From: Octopus sinensis
Lineage: Eukaryota
NCBI RefSeq assembly: GCF_006345805.1
Contig: NW_021835130.1
Location: 1 to 42,674, forward strand
Direction of reading: 5' to 3'
DNA length: 42,674 nucleotides
Every line of letters starts with the position of its first letter. Within the stretch, counting starts at the first letter, position 1. Shown here piece by piece: positions 22,500 through 33,675 of this stretch. The translations under genes and the position numbers were made by a program. Under the pieces are notes generated by a model that ran no database searches, had not been told where the DNA came from, and saw nothing but the letters and a program-made list of their open reading frames with translations.

Positions 22500-23180
22500 A
22501 TGGATGTCAGGTCACTTGTGAGGTCCTTCATGAGTTCTAATGATAATATGGAATCCAGTACAATCTGCTGCCAAGTCAGGTCGTCGGCAACTAAACTGAC
22601 GCTCTCACTACGCTTGCCCGGTGAGCAGAGTTGCTAGAAACTCAGCAACGTGATAAACAAAAACCCGTCAAAAGGACAGATAAACCCAGCATAGATTGGT
22701 GTCCAGCGTCCTGCAAGATCACTCCGAGTGCGCTAACCTTCAGCTTTTGATAATGCATGTCTCTCGAAGAAGATTACGCTGATATAAAACCAGGTATGCA
22801 GGGAATGACATTGAACATTTTGGGGATCCTTTGCTTGAGCTTGAGATCAAGGCACTCCCACACTCCAGGTTCTGCGACCCATATCAGCACTGGATATCTT
22901 GCCCTGGCTTGTCCCTAAACCAATTCAATGGGGTGAAGAGCGTCTGTGAGTTGTTGTGTAGATTTCATTAGACCGAAAATTTTAAGTTGGGCAATCTCAG
23001 GCGAGGTGACTTTCCAATATTTGGTCGAGTGGGAGGGCGCCGCAGAGAGCGTAGAAGACGAGGCCGCGAACCCGGGTGAGCTGACCGCGGGTGCAATAAC
23101 TTCATGCACGAGAATTGAGAACATTCTGCGTGGGCAATGGTCTATCATGGTCTTCCTCGGTCACGAGTGAACATCCATTA
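22500..23180 (-). other. GC-richer non-microsatellite island, possibly a decayed retroelement ORF1
   Basis: Coding-like composition with long open stretches on the minus strand; no diagnostic motif recognised. Confidence 0.25.
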
Positions 23181-23419
23181 TGTATGTATAAATATATCCT
23201 TCGTTAGGATTTCGACTCCAGATAGACTTCTAATAACGAGATCATGATATACAGCTTGTCTTTGTGCATTTTAAACTTGCTGGTGCCTCAACTCTTTCCA
23301 CGTCTAAAAATTTCGTCCAGAAAGTAAGAGGGAATAACAAAGAGAGGAAGAGAAAGAGAAACAGAAACAGACAGAGAGGCAAAAAAGAAAACAGAGAAAC
23401 ATTGTGAGAGATTAAGAAC

Positions 23420-23575
23420 TGACTTTAGTACTAGATTGGTACTTTATCGAGTTGAGAAGGATGACCGCCAAAGTTAACCTCGGCAGGATTTTAGCTTAAG
23501 GCACAGAGGAACTTAATACCGCAACGTATTCAGTCTGACGCTTTAATGTATCTGCCTTCTCCGTCAGCTCTTCTA
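23420..23575 (-). mobile_element. Decayed SINE-A
   Basis: TTGGTACTT..TATCGA...AGGATGA..GCCAAAGTTAACCTCGGCAGGATTT matches the A body. Confidence 0.6.
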
Positions 23576-23623
23576 TCTCTGTCTCTTTTCCTCTCTTTCT
23601 CTCTCTCTCTCTCCTCTCTCTCT

Positions 23624-23675
<52 letters not shown>

Positions 23676-23685
23676 GTATGTATGT

Positions 23686-23736
<51 letters not shown>

Positions 23737-24269
23737 TGAAATCCTTGCGTGTATTCGCGTGAGTCCATCATATTATGTAAGTGCGTACGCGTTACGTGTG
23801 TGTGTGTGTGCGTGTGTATTTGTGCATTTATGGGTGTATATGTATGTATGTGCGTGTGTGTGTGTGAGCGTGTGTGTATGTGTGTGTGTGTGCATATGTG
23901 TATGTTACAAACTTTAATGACTTTAAACATTTTCCCAGGCCTTTCCACGTAAAGTTCAGAGGAATTTGACAAATAGGAACAAAAAATAATAATAACAATC
24001 TAAAAAAAAAAAGTAAAAAGCAAGTAAGAATTAAAAAAAAAATTTACAATGACATTAGCGATCAAAACAAACATACCATTTACATGACATTGTAAATCTG
24101 CAATAAACTGCACCTTTATGATCTGGATGTGTTTTTATTTAAAGCTACCTCCACAGATATATACATATATAAGTAAAGACTCAAGCTTACATTATCATAG
24201 CCGTACACATTGGTGTTATCATTGCTGTTATATAGATATATAATCGTGAGTCGATTACTCAAATCACTA

Positions 24270-24650
24270 AGCCACGCGCCTTCGTGGAGTTCGATTCCTG
24301 GCGAAGCGTTGTGTCTTGGACATTTTACGTTGTTCTAGTCCACTCAGATGGCAAAAATTAGTTGTATTTGTACTTCAAAGGTCCGGCCTTTTTCCAATCA
24401 GTGTCACACTGAATCTCTCCGAGAACTACGTTAAGGATACGCGTGCCTATGGAGTACTCAGCCACTAGCTCGTTAATTCAAAGGTCTGGCATTGTCCCAA
24501 TCAGTGTCACACTGAATCTCTCCGCGAACTACGTTAGAGGTACGCGTGTCTGTGGAGTGCTCAGCCACTAGTACGTTAATTGCACGAGCGGGCTGTTCCG
24601 TTGACCAGATCAACTGGAACTCTCGTCGTCGTAACCGACGGAATGCCAGT
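24270..24650 (+). mobile_element. SINE with CORE-like head and tail type 1, containing a ~103-bp internal tandem duplication
   Basis: B box GAGTTCGATTCC; body resembles the 24795-25078 family; tail ending GTCGTAACCGACGGAATGCCA; duplicated units start at 24374 and 24477. Confidence 0.75.
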
Positions 24651-24794
24651 TGTAAAGATAAGTATGAATTCGTGCGGGTATAATATCTATGATTTTAGCA
24701 TAAGATCAGCAATCTTTAGAGGAAAGTTAGTCACTACTATCGATCCTAGTATTTGATTATTACTTGGGAAAAGAGTAAAATCACCTTCGGTCAT

Positions 24795-25078
24795 GAATGA
24801 CCATGGGATCATACCTAGAAAGTTCCCATCTAAAGTACAAGTTGGGACATGGTTGTTTTATAGAAGACCAGCAATTATCCATGCATTCCAGTCTCTCCTT
24901 TCCAGGCAAAGGCCGATACAGCTTGGCACCAGTGACGTTGCAACTCTTTTCACAGCTGAGTGAACTGGAGCAAAATGAAATAAAGTGTCTTGCTCAAGAA
25001 CACAACATACAACCCGGTCCAAGAATCGAACTCATAGCCTCACGACGCTCTCGCCACTGAGCCATGCACCTTCACGAT
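24795..25078 (-). mobile_element. CORE-like tRNA SINE family G
   Basis: Reverse complement A box TGGCTCAGTGG, B box GAGTTCGATTC, TTGAGCAAGACACTT...CTCCAGTTCACTCAGCTG resembling the CORE domain. Confidence 0.75.
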
Positions 25079-25079
25079 A

Positions 25080-26000
25080 GTAGTACTTTATTTTATCGAT
25101 AAGTCAGGGATGAAATGCAAATTTGAGCTCAAAACATAAAGAACCTGAAGACATACCAAGGCACTAACGATTCTGCCAGATCGCTGCCTTACATTGCAGG
25201 TATATAACGGTTTCAAATTTTAGCTCAGGGTCAGCAGTTTTTGAGGGAAGGAAACACTCGATTACATCGATTTCTCCAGTAAATGACTGGCATTTATTTT
25301 ATCGACCCTGAAAACATGAAATGCAAAGTCGACTTCGGCAGCATTTGAACTCAGAGCGAAGTGCTACTAAACATTTTGTCCCGCGTGCTAACTTTGGGGC
25401 CAGCTCATTACCTTCATGTATGCATATAACAATTCCTTTCGATTACACTGAACCCAGTACTTTATTTTATCGACTCTGAAAGGGTGGAAGGCAATGTCAC
25501 CCACGGCGTCAATTGAACTAAAAAAATGTACAGCCGGGAGAAATGCCGGTAAATATTTTGTCCGACGCCCTTATGATTCTGCCAGCTTCGTGCGTGTATA
25601 TAAATGATTTCTGGTTTAGTCACAAGGCCGGCAATTTTCATGTGGGTGATTTAGTCAGCACCATAGATATCAATATCCGACTTGTACTTTTTTTATCGAT
25701 CGGGACAAAAGAAAAAGTTGAGTACGGCGGCATTTAGTCTCAGAATATAAAATGCCTAGATGAATGTCACAGCATTTTTCGTTTATTTTTTCTGATGATC
25801 TAAAAAGAAATAATTCCAGCTCGCCACCTTCATGCGGATATATATTGGTTTTAAATTTTGGCACAAAACCATCAGTTTAGGAGTGAGCTGGGGGGGGGAT
25901 GTTTGGGTAAGTCGATTACATCGGTCCCCAGTGCTCAAATGGTACTCATTTTACCGACCCCTAGAAGAGGAAAGGCAAAGTTGACCACAGCGGAATTTGA
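25080..26000 (-). mobile_element. Cluster of about five decayed SINE-A copies, all on the minus strand
   Basis: Repeated TACTTTATTTTATCGA...AAAGTCGAC...ATTTGAACTC...CTGCCAGCTC motifs at about 25080, 25200, 25440, 25610 and 25850. Confidence 0.7.
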
Positions 26001-26059
26001 AGTGTATATTTTTAATATACACTTCAAATTCCGCTATGGTCAACTTTGCCTTTCCTCTT
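25965..26059. repeat. 95-bp hairpin formed from a SINE-A fragment and its inverted copy
   Basis: 46-bp arms, TTT loop at 26011-26013, one mismatch. Confidence 0.92.
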
Positions 26060-26326
26060 ATATATTATATATATAATCACAACGGTTTCACCATGTGTTT
26101 TTTTTTTCATATTTATTCTATTTCTAGAAGCTTACTGTTAAGTTTTTCTAATTTCTAGAATATACTGGTCACTGTGCTTCTTGGAAATAATTATGTGTGA
26201 TTGTACATGTATGAGAGTGTGCCTGAGAGAGAAATTTGGTGCATACGTGTAAGCGTATGTACACAGATATGAAAGATATTTGCATGTACACAGATATGAA
26301 AGAAGTAGATAGACACCCTTATAATC

Positions 26327-26538
26327 TTTTCTACTCTAGGCACAAGGCTTGAAATTTTGGGAGAGGGGTCCAGCTGATTAGATCGACCCCAGTACGCAAC
26401 TGGTACTTAATTTATCGACCCCAAAAGGTTGAAAGGCAAAGTCAACCTCGGCGGCATTTGAACTCAGAACATAAAGACAGACGAAATACAGCTAAGCATT
26501 TCGCCCGGCGTGCTAACGTTTCTGCCAGCTCGCCACCT
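26327..26538 (-). mobile_element. SINE-A2, full length
   Basis: TSD TAGACACCCTTATAATC at 26310-26326 and 26539-26555. Confidence 0.93.
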
Positions 26539-26582
26539 TAGACACCCTTATAATCATTAAAATTTATTTAAATCTGAAATTA

Positions 26583-27750
26583 TACAGTCAAATTATTTGT
26601 TAGTTGTTATAATGTGAACATTTAATATTTGGTAGACATGTTCTTTGCATTTTTCAATGCAAGGGCCGTATTAGGAATGTTATTGATCAGATGGTGAATA
26701 TTGTCTTGTGGAATTTCTTGCTAAGTTCCATGCAATAATCTCAAAAGATGTGGCTTTGAAGATGCTTTCTTGTTCTGTATATGAAATGTCCTGGTCATTA
26801 TGCACCAGAGGTGTTCTATAGGGTTCATATCTGGTGACTGGCTTGGCTATGGAAGCTTTCTAATGCCATTCTTTTCCAACAAATCTTGGGTTATTTTTAA
26901 CCATGTGACAAGGAATCCCATCTTCTATAAATAGAGAGTCTTCTTTAATCATTTCACCACTGGAGAAGTTTGGAAGGATTCCTTTCTGCAATATGGACAC
27001 ATATTTATTTGAGTTTATCTTTCCCTCACACTCCTCCAGCTCTGATCAACCTTTGCTCCAAATTGTTCCCCTGATCATCACAGAATAGCTGCTTGCTGCA
27101 ATCTTTTCACATCAAATTCTTGATCACAGAGTCTCTAGACCCACACTCGACCACTGTAAGGAATCCAGTAAATCTGGACTCATCAGAGAATATGATAGTG
27201 GACCCAAAATGCTAATGGCCTCTCCACCATCTCACTGGTCCAATCTTTCCTCCGCTTCATATTGGCTGGTCAAAGATGTGGATTCCGTCTTCCTGCTCTG
27301 CCATACTGACCAAGTTTCTGGAGATACCTGACAGCTGTTCTGGGACTGACATCAACTGGCTCTGCTATGTCAGAGATCTTGCAACGAGGATTATCCTCCA
27401 CACTTGTCTCAGCAGAGAAGGATCCTGTCAAAGGGCCCTGGTTCATCTGAACAAGGTGATGTGGACTCCTTCCCCTCTCTGGTGAATTGCACAATCACTC
27501 TATCAACTGTAGAAAGCAGGATCCCAAGGTTTTCTGCGATTTTACGCTGACTGTGTCCACCTGCAGAATGACCCACAATGCGGCCTCTTTGAAATTCAGA
27601 CAGTTCCAAGGCTTCTTTCGTACATGGCATGATTAAACAGTCACATACAGAATCTGAAACATTAAAAAAAGTTAATTAATAAGAAATATAAACCTTTACA
27701 AGCTAGAATAAACAGAAAACGATATTTTATGGGGTGTCTATTTACTTCTA
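26583..27750 (-). mobile_element. Heavily decayed Tc1-like transposon (second family)
   Basis: N-terminal [12 protein letters not shown]...[18 protein letters not shown] (ORF 27409-27630) and PSQSPDMNPIEHLWC near 26800-26850; ends uncertain. Confidence 0.8.
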
Positions 27751-28049
27751 ATATGTGTGTGTATGTGCGTATATGTGATGGGTCTTATGCATGTAAGGCT
27801 AAGTACATATACGTGTGTACTAGTGCTTGTATGTGTATATATGTGTGTATATGTACATGTGCATGTGTGTGTGTGTGTGTTTGTGTGTGTGTGTACGTGT
27901 ATGTGCATGTGTATGTGTATACGTTTGTCACAAATAGGTCAGTTGATGTTTCTTTCCCTATCTGTCACGCGACAAAGCATTTATGAAGTTCACACCTTTC
28001 GAAACAAAACTTTATCATCAAAATTCACCTTTATCATCACCGTCGTCGT

Positions 28050-28056
28050 CGTCATT

Positions 28057-28120
<64 letters not shown>

Positions 28121-28211
28121 ACAACAACAACACAACAGCAAAAACAACAACCTTATTATCAAGTTCTCCATTGGCATTAACTTCGTGTTCTGTATTTTGT
28201 TTTTAAGCTAT

Positions 28212-28248
<37 letters not shown>

Positions 28249-28250
28249 GT
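28050..28250. repeat. (ATC)n, (AAC)n, (CTA)n microsatellites
   Basis: Directly visible. Confidence 0.9.
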
Positions 28251-28695
28251 AGCTGCCACTGTCCTGGGTGGTTGAGAAGGGGGAAAAGGATAATCGATTT
28301 TGTTTTGTTTTGTTTTGTTATTTTTGGTTTGTAGCTTATATTTGGCATTAGCACAAATCCAAATATTTCAGGGATGGACACTGTCTATCACAGTGAATAC
28401 TGGTATTTTGGGTTAGTTAGAGAATGAAGACCAGCAATAATGGCTCAAATCCATGGGTTGTATGACTGGAAAAAAAAAACGGGAGGATAGCAACCCCAAA
28501 CTGGAGACCTGACTTCCGTGTTTACACTAGATTCGCCTTCATTAAACTGATTCATTGGCCAGATCGAAGATAAACCGCGCGATGAATGAAGACTATCACC
28601 ACAGAATTTGTTGTCCGGAGAAGAAAGGAGAAAACAAAATTAATTCTATTATTTCTTTTTGTTTTTGATTCTTTTTACAAATAGATATTTATCAC

Positions 28696-28807
28696 TTACA
28701 TTATTTACATTGTTTTACATTTGACGGATATTTGTCCTCATCTTTGTTGTTAACACAACGTTTCGGCTGATACACTCTCTAGCCTTCATCAGGTGTCTTG
28801 GGGAAAT
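28696..28807 (-). mobile_element. Inverted, 5'-truncated copy of the HHR-bearing tail of the adjacent element
   Basis: Reverse complement aligns to about 29077-29195 at roughly 88-90% identity by eye. Confidence 0.9.
28752..28797 (-). ncRNA. Predicted minimal hammerhead
   Basis: GACAC-CTGATGA-A-GGCT...AGCC-GAAA-CG-T-T-GTGTT. Confidence 0.65.
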
Positions 28808-28898
28808 GGGCATATGGCATATGGCGTAGTGGTTAAGAGTGCGGGCTACTAACCCCAAGATTCCGAGCTTGATTCCAGGCAGTGACCTGAATTATGAC

Positions 28899-28963
<65 letters not shown>

Positions 28964-29215
28964 TAACAATAACAATAACAACAACAACAACAACAACAAC
29001 AATAACAACAACAATAATGATAATAATAGTAATAACAAATCGAAAAATACCTTAGGAATAAGAACCCAGGTTCGAAATTTCCCCCAAGACACCTGATGAA
29101 GGCTGGAGGCTATATCAACCGAAACGTTGTGTTAACAACAAATAAGATAAGGACAAATATCCGTCAATTGTAAATAATGTAAATATTGTAAATAATGTAT
29201 ATAATTTCTCATCTC
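28808..29215 (+). mobile_element. tRNA-headed SINE-like element with internal (AAT/AAC)n and a hammerhead-bearing tail
   Basis: A box TGGCGTAGTGG 28822-28832, degenerate B box GAGCTTGATTCC 28865-28876, microsatellite 28898-29037, HHR 29088-29133, 3' TGTAAATAA repeats. Confidence 0.8.
29088..29133 (+). ncRNA. Predicted minimal hammerhead
   Basis: Stem I GACAC/GTGTT, CTGATGA 29093-29099, extra A, stem II GGCTG/CAACC (one mismatch), GAAA 29121-29124, palindromic CG stem III, GTT triplet. Confidence 0.65.
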
Positions 29216-29466
29216 ATACAACTATTTATTACTTGTTAAGGTTATCTCTACAGATATTCTATAGAAAATATAATCAACACTCATTTCTGTTACGATGTTT
29301 CGCATCTATTTTGTATCCGTTTCGCATTTATTAGTTTCAGAGTTGCATTTGTCGGTATCGTGACTGTATTTGAGACCGTGTGCTGAAACTGAGGTAATTA
29401 CATCATAGAAGAGGCATTTCCGTGATTTAATTTTAATAAAATAAAAATAAACATAAAAACAAAGAA

Positions 29467-29790
29467 CAGTGTTTCCCAACCTATTTCCCGCCAGCCCCCA
29501 CTATAACTTTCCAGAATTAAATGTATGCCCCACTAGTAGTTTATTTTTAATATTTCATCACAATTGTTTAATACAAAAGAATCTACCGGTAACAAAGTAC
29601 ATTATTGACTAGGAAAAGAAAGTCAATCACTTTCTTTTCTTAGTCAATAATGAAGCTTGTGCCTGGCAACTACAGCAGATTTCGTTGATTCGAGTAGATA
29701 ATTCTGTTAGCTTCAGTAGATCACCACATCTTGTAATTTCCAGTCTGCTTCCCTTGGCTCGAAATAAATCGTCAACAACCGAATTCAAAT
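29467..29790 (-). mobile_element. hAT (Buster/Charlie-like) transposon 3' remnant
   Basis: Terminal CAGTGTTTCCCAACCT; translation SRLEITRCGDLLKLTELSTRINEICCSCQAQAS resembles the hAT C-terminal RL.I..RGDLRL.L...P.I..L...Q..SH pattern. Confidence 0.6.
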
Positions 29791-29869
29791 TCAAACAAAA
29801 TAAGACGTGAGGAAATGAATAAAAAATTCCTTCATCACAAAACCACATCTTGGTATACTCTTTACTATT

Positions 29870-30283
29870 TTACTCTTTTACTTGTTTCAGTCATTTGACT
29901 GCGGCCATGCTGGAGCACCGCCTTTAATCGAGCAACTCGACCCCGGGACTTATTCTTAAGTATGTATAAGTAATCCCAGTACTTATTCTATCGGTCACTT
30001 TTGCCGAACCGCTAGCTGACGGGGACATAAACACACTAGCATCGGTTGTCAAGCAATGCTAGGGGGACAAACACAGACACACAAACACACACACGCATAT
30101 TTATATATATACATATATACGACGGGCTTCTTTCAGTTTCCGTCTACCAAATCCACACACAAGGCTTTGGTCTGCACGAGGCTATAATAGAAGACACTTG
30201 CCCAAGGTGCCACACAGTGGGACTGAACCCGGAACCATGTGGTTGGTAAACAAACTACTTACCGCACAGCCACTCCCGCGCCT
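29870..30283 (-). mobile_element. SINE-B, full length
   Basis: Reverse complement homologous to 20366-20785. Confidence 0.92.
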
Positions 30284-30665
30284 ATCTTTTCTTTTGAACA
30301 AAATTATTTACTGGTTTTACGTTTATGAATTTCTGTTGCAAGATTCCTGATGTGAAACCGTGTGCTGAAACAGATATCATTAAATTTTGGGATGGTCATT
30401 TTTTTTTCGTTCTTTTTTTTTTTTTTTTTGCCAAATAAAGACACAGAGAATGGATTAAGCAGAGCAGTTGCATACACGAGGACGGAAAGTGTCATTGGAG
30501 AGGTCACAAATGTGTGACGAAAGATTTCTGGACGATGGACATGAGCTAAAATAAGAACAGCAATAAACGAGTGAAGAACAAAAATATATATATTTGGCAA
30601 ACAACACTAGTCCCCTTCCATTAAATGTCAGGCTTTCTGCCTATAGTAGAAAGGATTATTATTAC

Positions 30666-30707
<42 letters not shown>

Positions 30708-31139
30708 CATTATTACAGTCATAGTTATTGTAATGGTAGGACGAATAGTGGAGAGGATAGTTGTGGGGGAAGATGTTTTGGCAACGGAGATTATACTGAT
30801 GTCAGTAGTGACCTAACTAATGTTGATGGTACAGGAGTTAATAAGGTTACAGTCAGTACAGTGACTGATTCTTAGTTGGTTGTTGAAGGAATCTGATAGG
30901 CAAAATATTATTACCATTTTAAGAACTCGTAATTTTGGGAACGTTTCCACGAGGGTCAAAGTGAGAGACCGAGATCTTCTTCCCACTACCATGAGCAGAA
31001 ACATGTATTTTGAAAATATGCACCCCAATGTTGATAATTCCTATAGACATAATTAACCGCCAAACCAAAAATATAACGAACGGCAATAGCATGCTTACAA
31101 CTAATCTGCATCCAAACCCTCACGCGAAAATATGTGTGT

Positions 31140-31400
<261 letters not shown>

Positions 31401-31566
31401 TGTATTTTTGTACCTATGTATGTATGCGTAGGCGGATGTTTTGTGTTTATGTACGTATTTTTCGGGGTTGCACTTGCCTGGCAAGGGATTTGCAGTGGAA
31501 GAGGGTCAGGAGCCAGGTCGCAGTCAGTATGAAGAAAACTTTACCACCAAATAATACACGATATAT

Positions 31567-31788
31567 AGCTGGCAGAAACGTTAGCACGCCGGGCGAAATG
31601 CTTAGCGGTATTTCGTCTGCGTTACGTTGTGAGTTCAAATTCCGCGAGGTCGACTTTGCCTTTCATCCTTTCGGGGTCGATAAATTAAGTACCAGTTACG
31701 CATTGGGGTCGATGTAATCGACTTAATACCTATGTCTGTCCTTGTTTGTCCCCTCCGTGTTCAGCCACTTGTGGGTAATAAAGAAATA
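31567..31788 (+). mobile_element. SINE-A1, slightly 5'-truncated
   Basis: Homology to other A1 copies. Confidence 0.9.
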
Positions 31789-32048
31789 GATATATATCAT
31801 TAAGTGACGTTAACTGTTTTTATTCATTTTCGTATACTTAACGTGTCTGCCACACTATAATAGCTTACATGCACACACGCGCACACACATACACATACAC
31901 ATACATGTACACACACACATATACATAAGTAAGTATATTCATAGATATACATAAAAATATGTATATACATATATACATACACACAAACACAGCTGGTTAT
32001 CGACAGACAATCTGTATCTGAAATATACTGTTAGCAAGGGAGCGTACT

Positions 32049-32417
32049 GGAGTGGAAGCACTCCGTCGGTTACGACGACGAGGGTTCCGGTTGATCCGAA
32101 TCAACGGAACAGCTTGCTCGTAAATTTAACGTGTAAGTGGCTGAGCACTCCACAGACACGTGTACCCTTAACGTAGTTCTTGGGGATATTCAGCGTGACA
32201 CAGAGAGTGACAAGGCCGGCCCTTTGAAATACAGGTACAACAGAAACAGGAAGTAAGAGTGAAAGAAAGTTGTGGTGAAAGAGTACAGCAGGGATCACCA
32301 CCATCCCCTGCCGGAGCCTCGTGGAGCTTTTAGGTGTTTTCGCTCTATAAACACTCACAACGCCCGGTCTGGGAATCGAAACCGCAATCCTATGACCGCG
32401 AGTCCGCAGCCCTAACC
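32049..32417 (-). mobile_element. SINE-C1, truncated in the A box
   Basis: TSD AGGGAGCGTACT at 32037-32048 and 32418-32429. Confidence 0.93.
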
Positions 32418-32839
32418 AGGGAGCGTACTACTCACTCCTAGCTACTAGCAGTATCAACATACCAATGGTTTCTGGGTAATTTCCCGTCCTTGATGCTGGA
32501 AAACCGCCGGCTAGAGATAGCAGCTTACACGACCCTATATACATGTATACATATATGCATATATATACATATACATATATACATATATATAAAGTAAATC
32601 CAAACATGAAAATACCTATATGTTTCTAAATGATTTCGTATATGCAGTTGTTATATTGAGATAAGTATATGTGTATCTATGTATTTGTGCGTTTTTGCAT
32701 GCTTATTTGTATGTATGTATATATAGATATATGTGTGTGTGTGCGTGCGTGCGTATGTGTATATGTGTGTGCATACACACACACATACACACACACACAT
32801 ACACACACACACACATATATATATAAGAAAATATATATA

Positions 32840-33217
32840 GGGTAGAAAAATTAGAGAAATTTTTTACCAGTAGCTAGCATGCATAAAAGAGTCAATAGAC
32901 AACATATTTTTCATATAAAATTAGTGTACAAATATATATCATTTGTAGCGCCTGTGCTGATGAGAACACGGATGGCAAATTATTTTATTTGTTCATTGAT
33001 GTTCGAAACCTAGGTACATGTGGTAACTATTAAAAATGTTTTATTTTTCATCCCCTTCGAAATTACTCTTAACCGTGGTTTAGGCTTTGACTGCTCTTTT
33101 CAGCATGTAAGATGGCCTTTTAGGCTCACTAATTCTATATGAAAAATATGTTGTCTATTGACTGACTCTTTTATGCATTCTAGCCACTGGTAGAAAATTT
33201 CTCAAATTTTTCTACCC
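32840..33217. mobile_element. Fold-back/MITE-like element with ~90-bp inverted arms
   Basis: Arms 32840-32926 and 33127-33217 (about 5 mismatches and a 4-nt indel), in (TA)n flanks. Confidence 0.85.
32953..33020 (+). ncRNA. Predicted minimal type-I hammerhead with canonical core
   Basis: Stem I TGTG/CATG, CTGATGA 32957-32963, stem II GAACA/TGTTC with extended hairpin, GAAA 33005-33008, palindromic stem III CCTAGG, GTA triplet. Confidence 0.75.
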
Positions 33218-33376
33218 AATATATATATTTTCTTATTATAATTTCGTAATTTTGAAGAATGCTGGCACATTTTATTTGCTGATGACTATAACTGCACTTG
33301 CGCGGTGAATTTGAAAAATTATAATGTACATAGTTGGAACATGTGCTGCCGTCAATGTACCATAAACATATATTGA

Positions 33377-33565
33377 TTGTAGCGCCCGTGCCAATGATAA
33401 CACGGGTGGCAAATTATTTTGTTTGTTCACTGACGTTCCGAAACCTATGTACATGTGATAACTATTGAAAATGTTTTTATTTTTCATCCACTTCGAAATT
33501 ACTCTTAAACGTGGTTTGGGCTTTGACTGCTCTTTTTACCATGTAAGGTGGCTCTTTAGGCTCAC
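33377..33565 (+). repeat. Diverged direct copy of the fold-back interior with decayed HHR
   Basis: Aligns to 32943-33129 (offset 434 bp); core reads CCAATGA...GAAA CCTATG TA CATG at 33387-33455. Confidence 0.85.
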
Positions 33566-33675
33566 CTCTTTTGTGTATAAATGTACACTAATATTATATA
33601 TATATATATATATATAGGAGGGGTAGTTTCTGGTAAGTATGTATATATGTATGTATGCCTGAATAATTGTCCGTA

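Noticed and set aside
33270-33345. CTGATGA-CTAT...ATAG-TTG-GAACATG between the two HHR units
   Set aside because: Only GAA, extra bases before it and no stem I; at most a remnant
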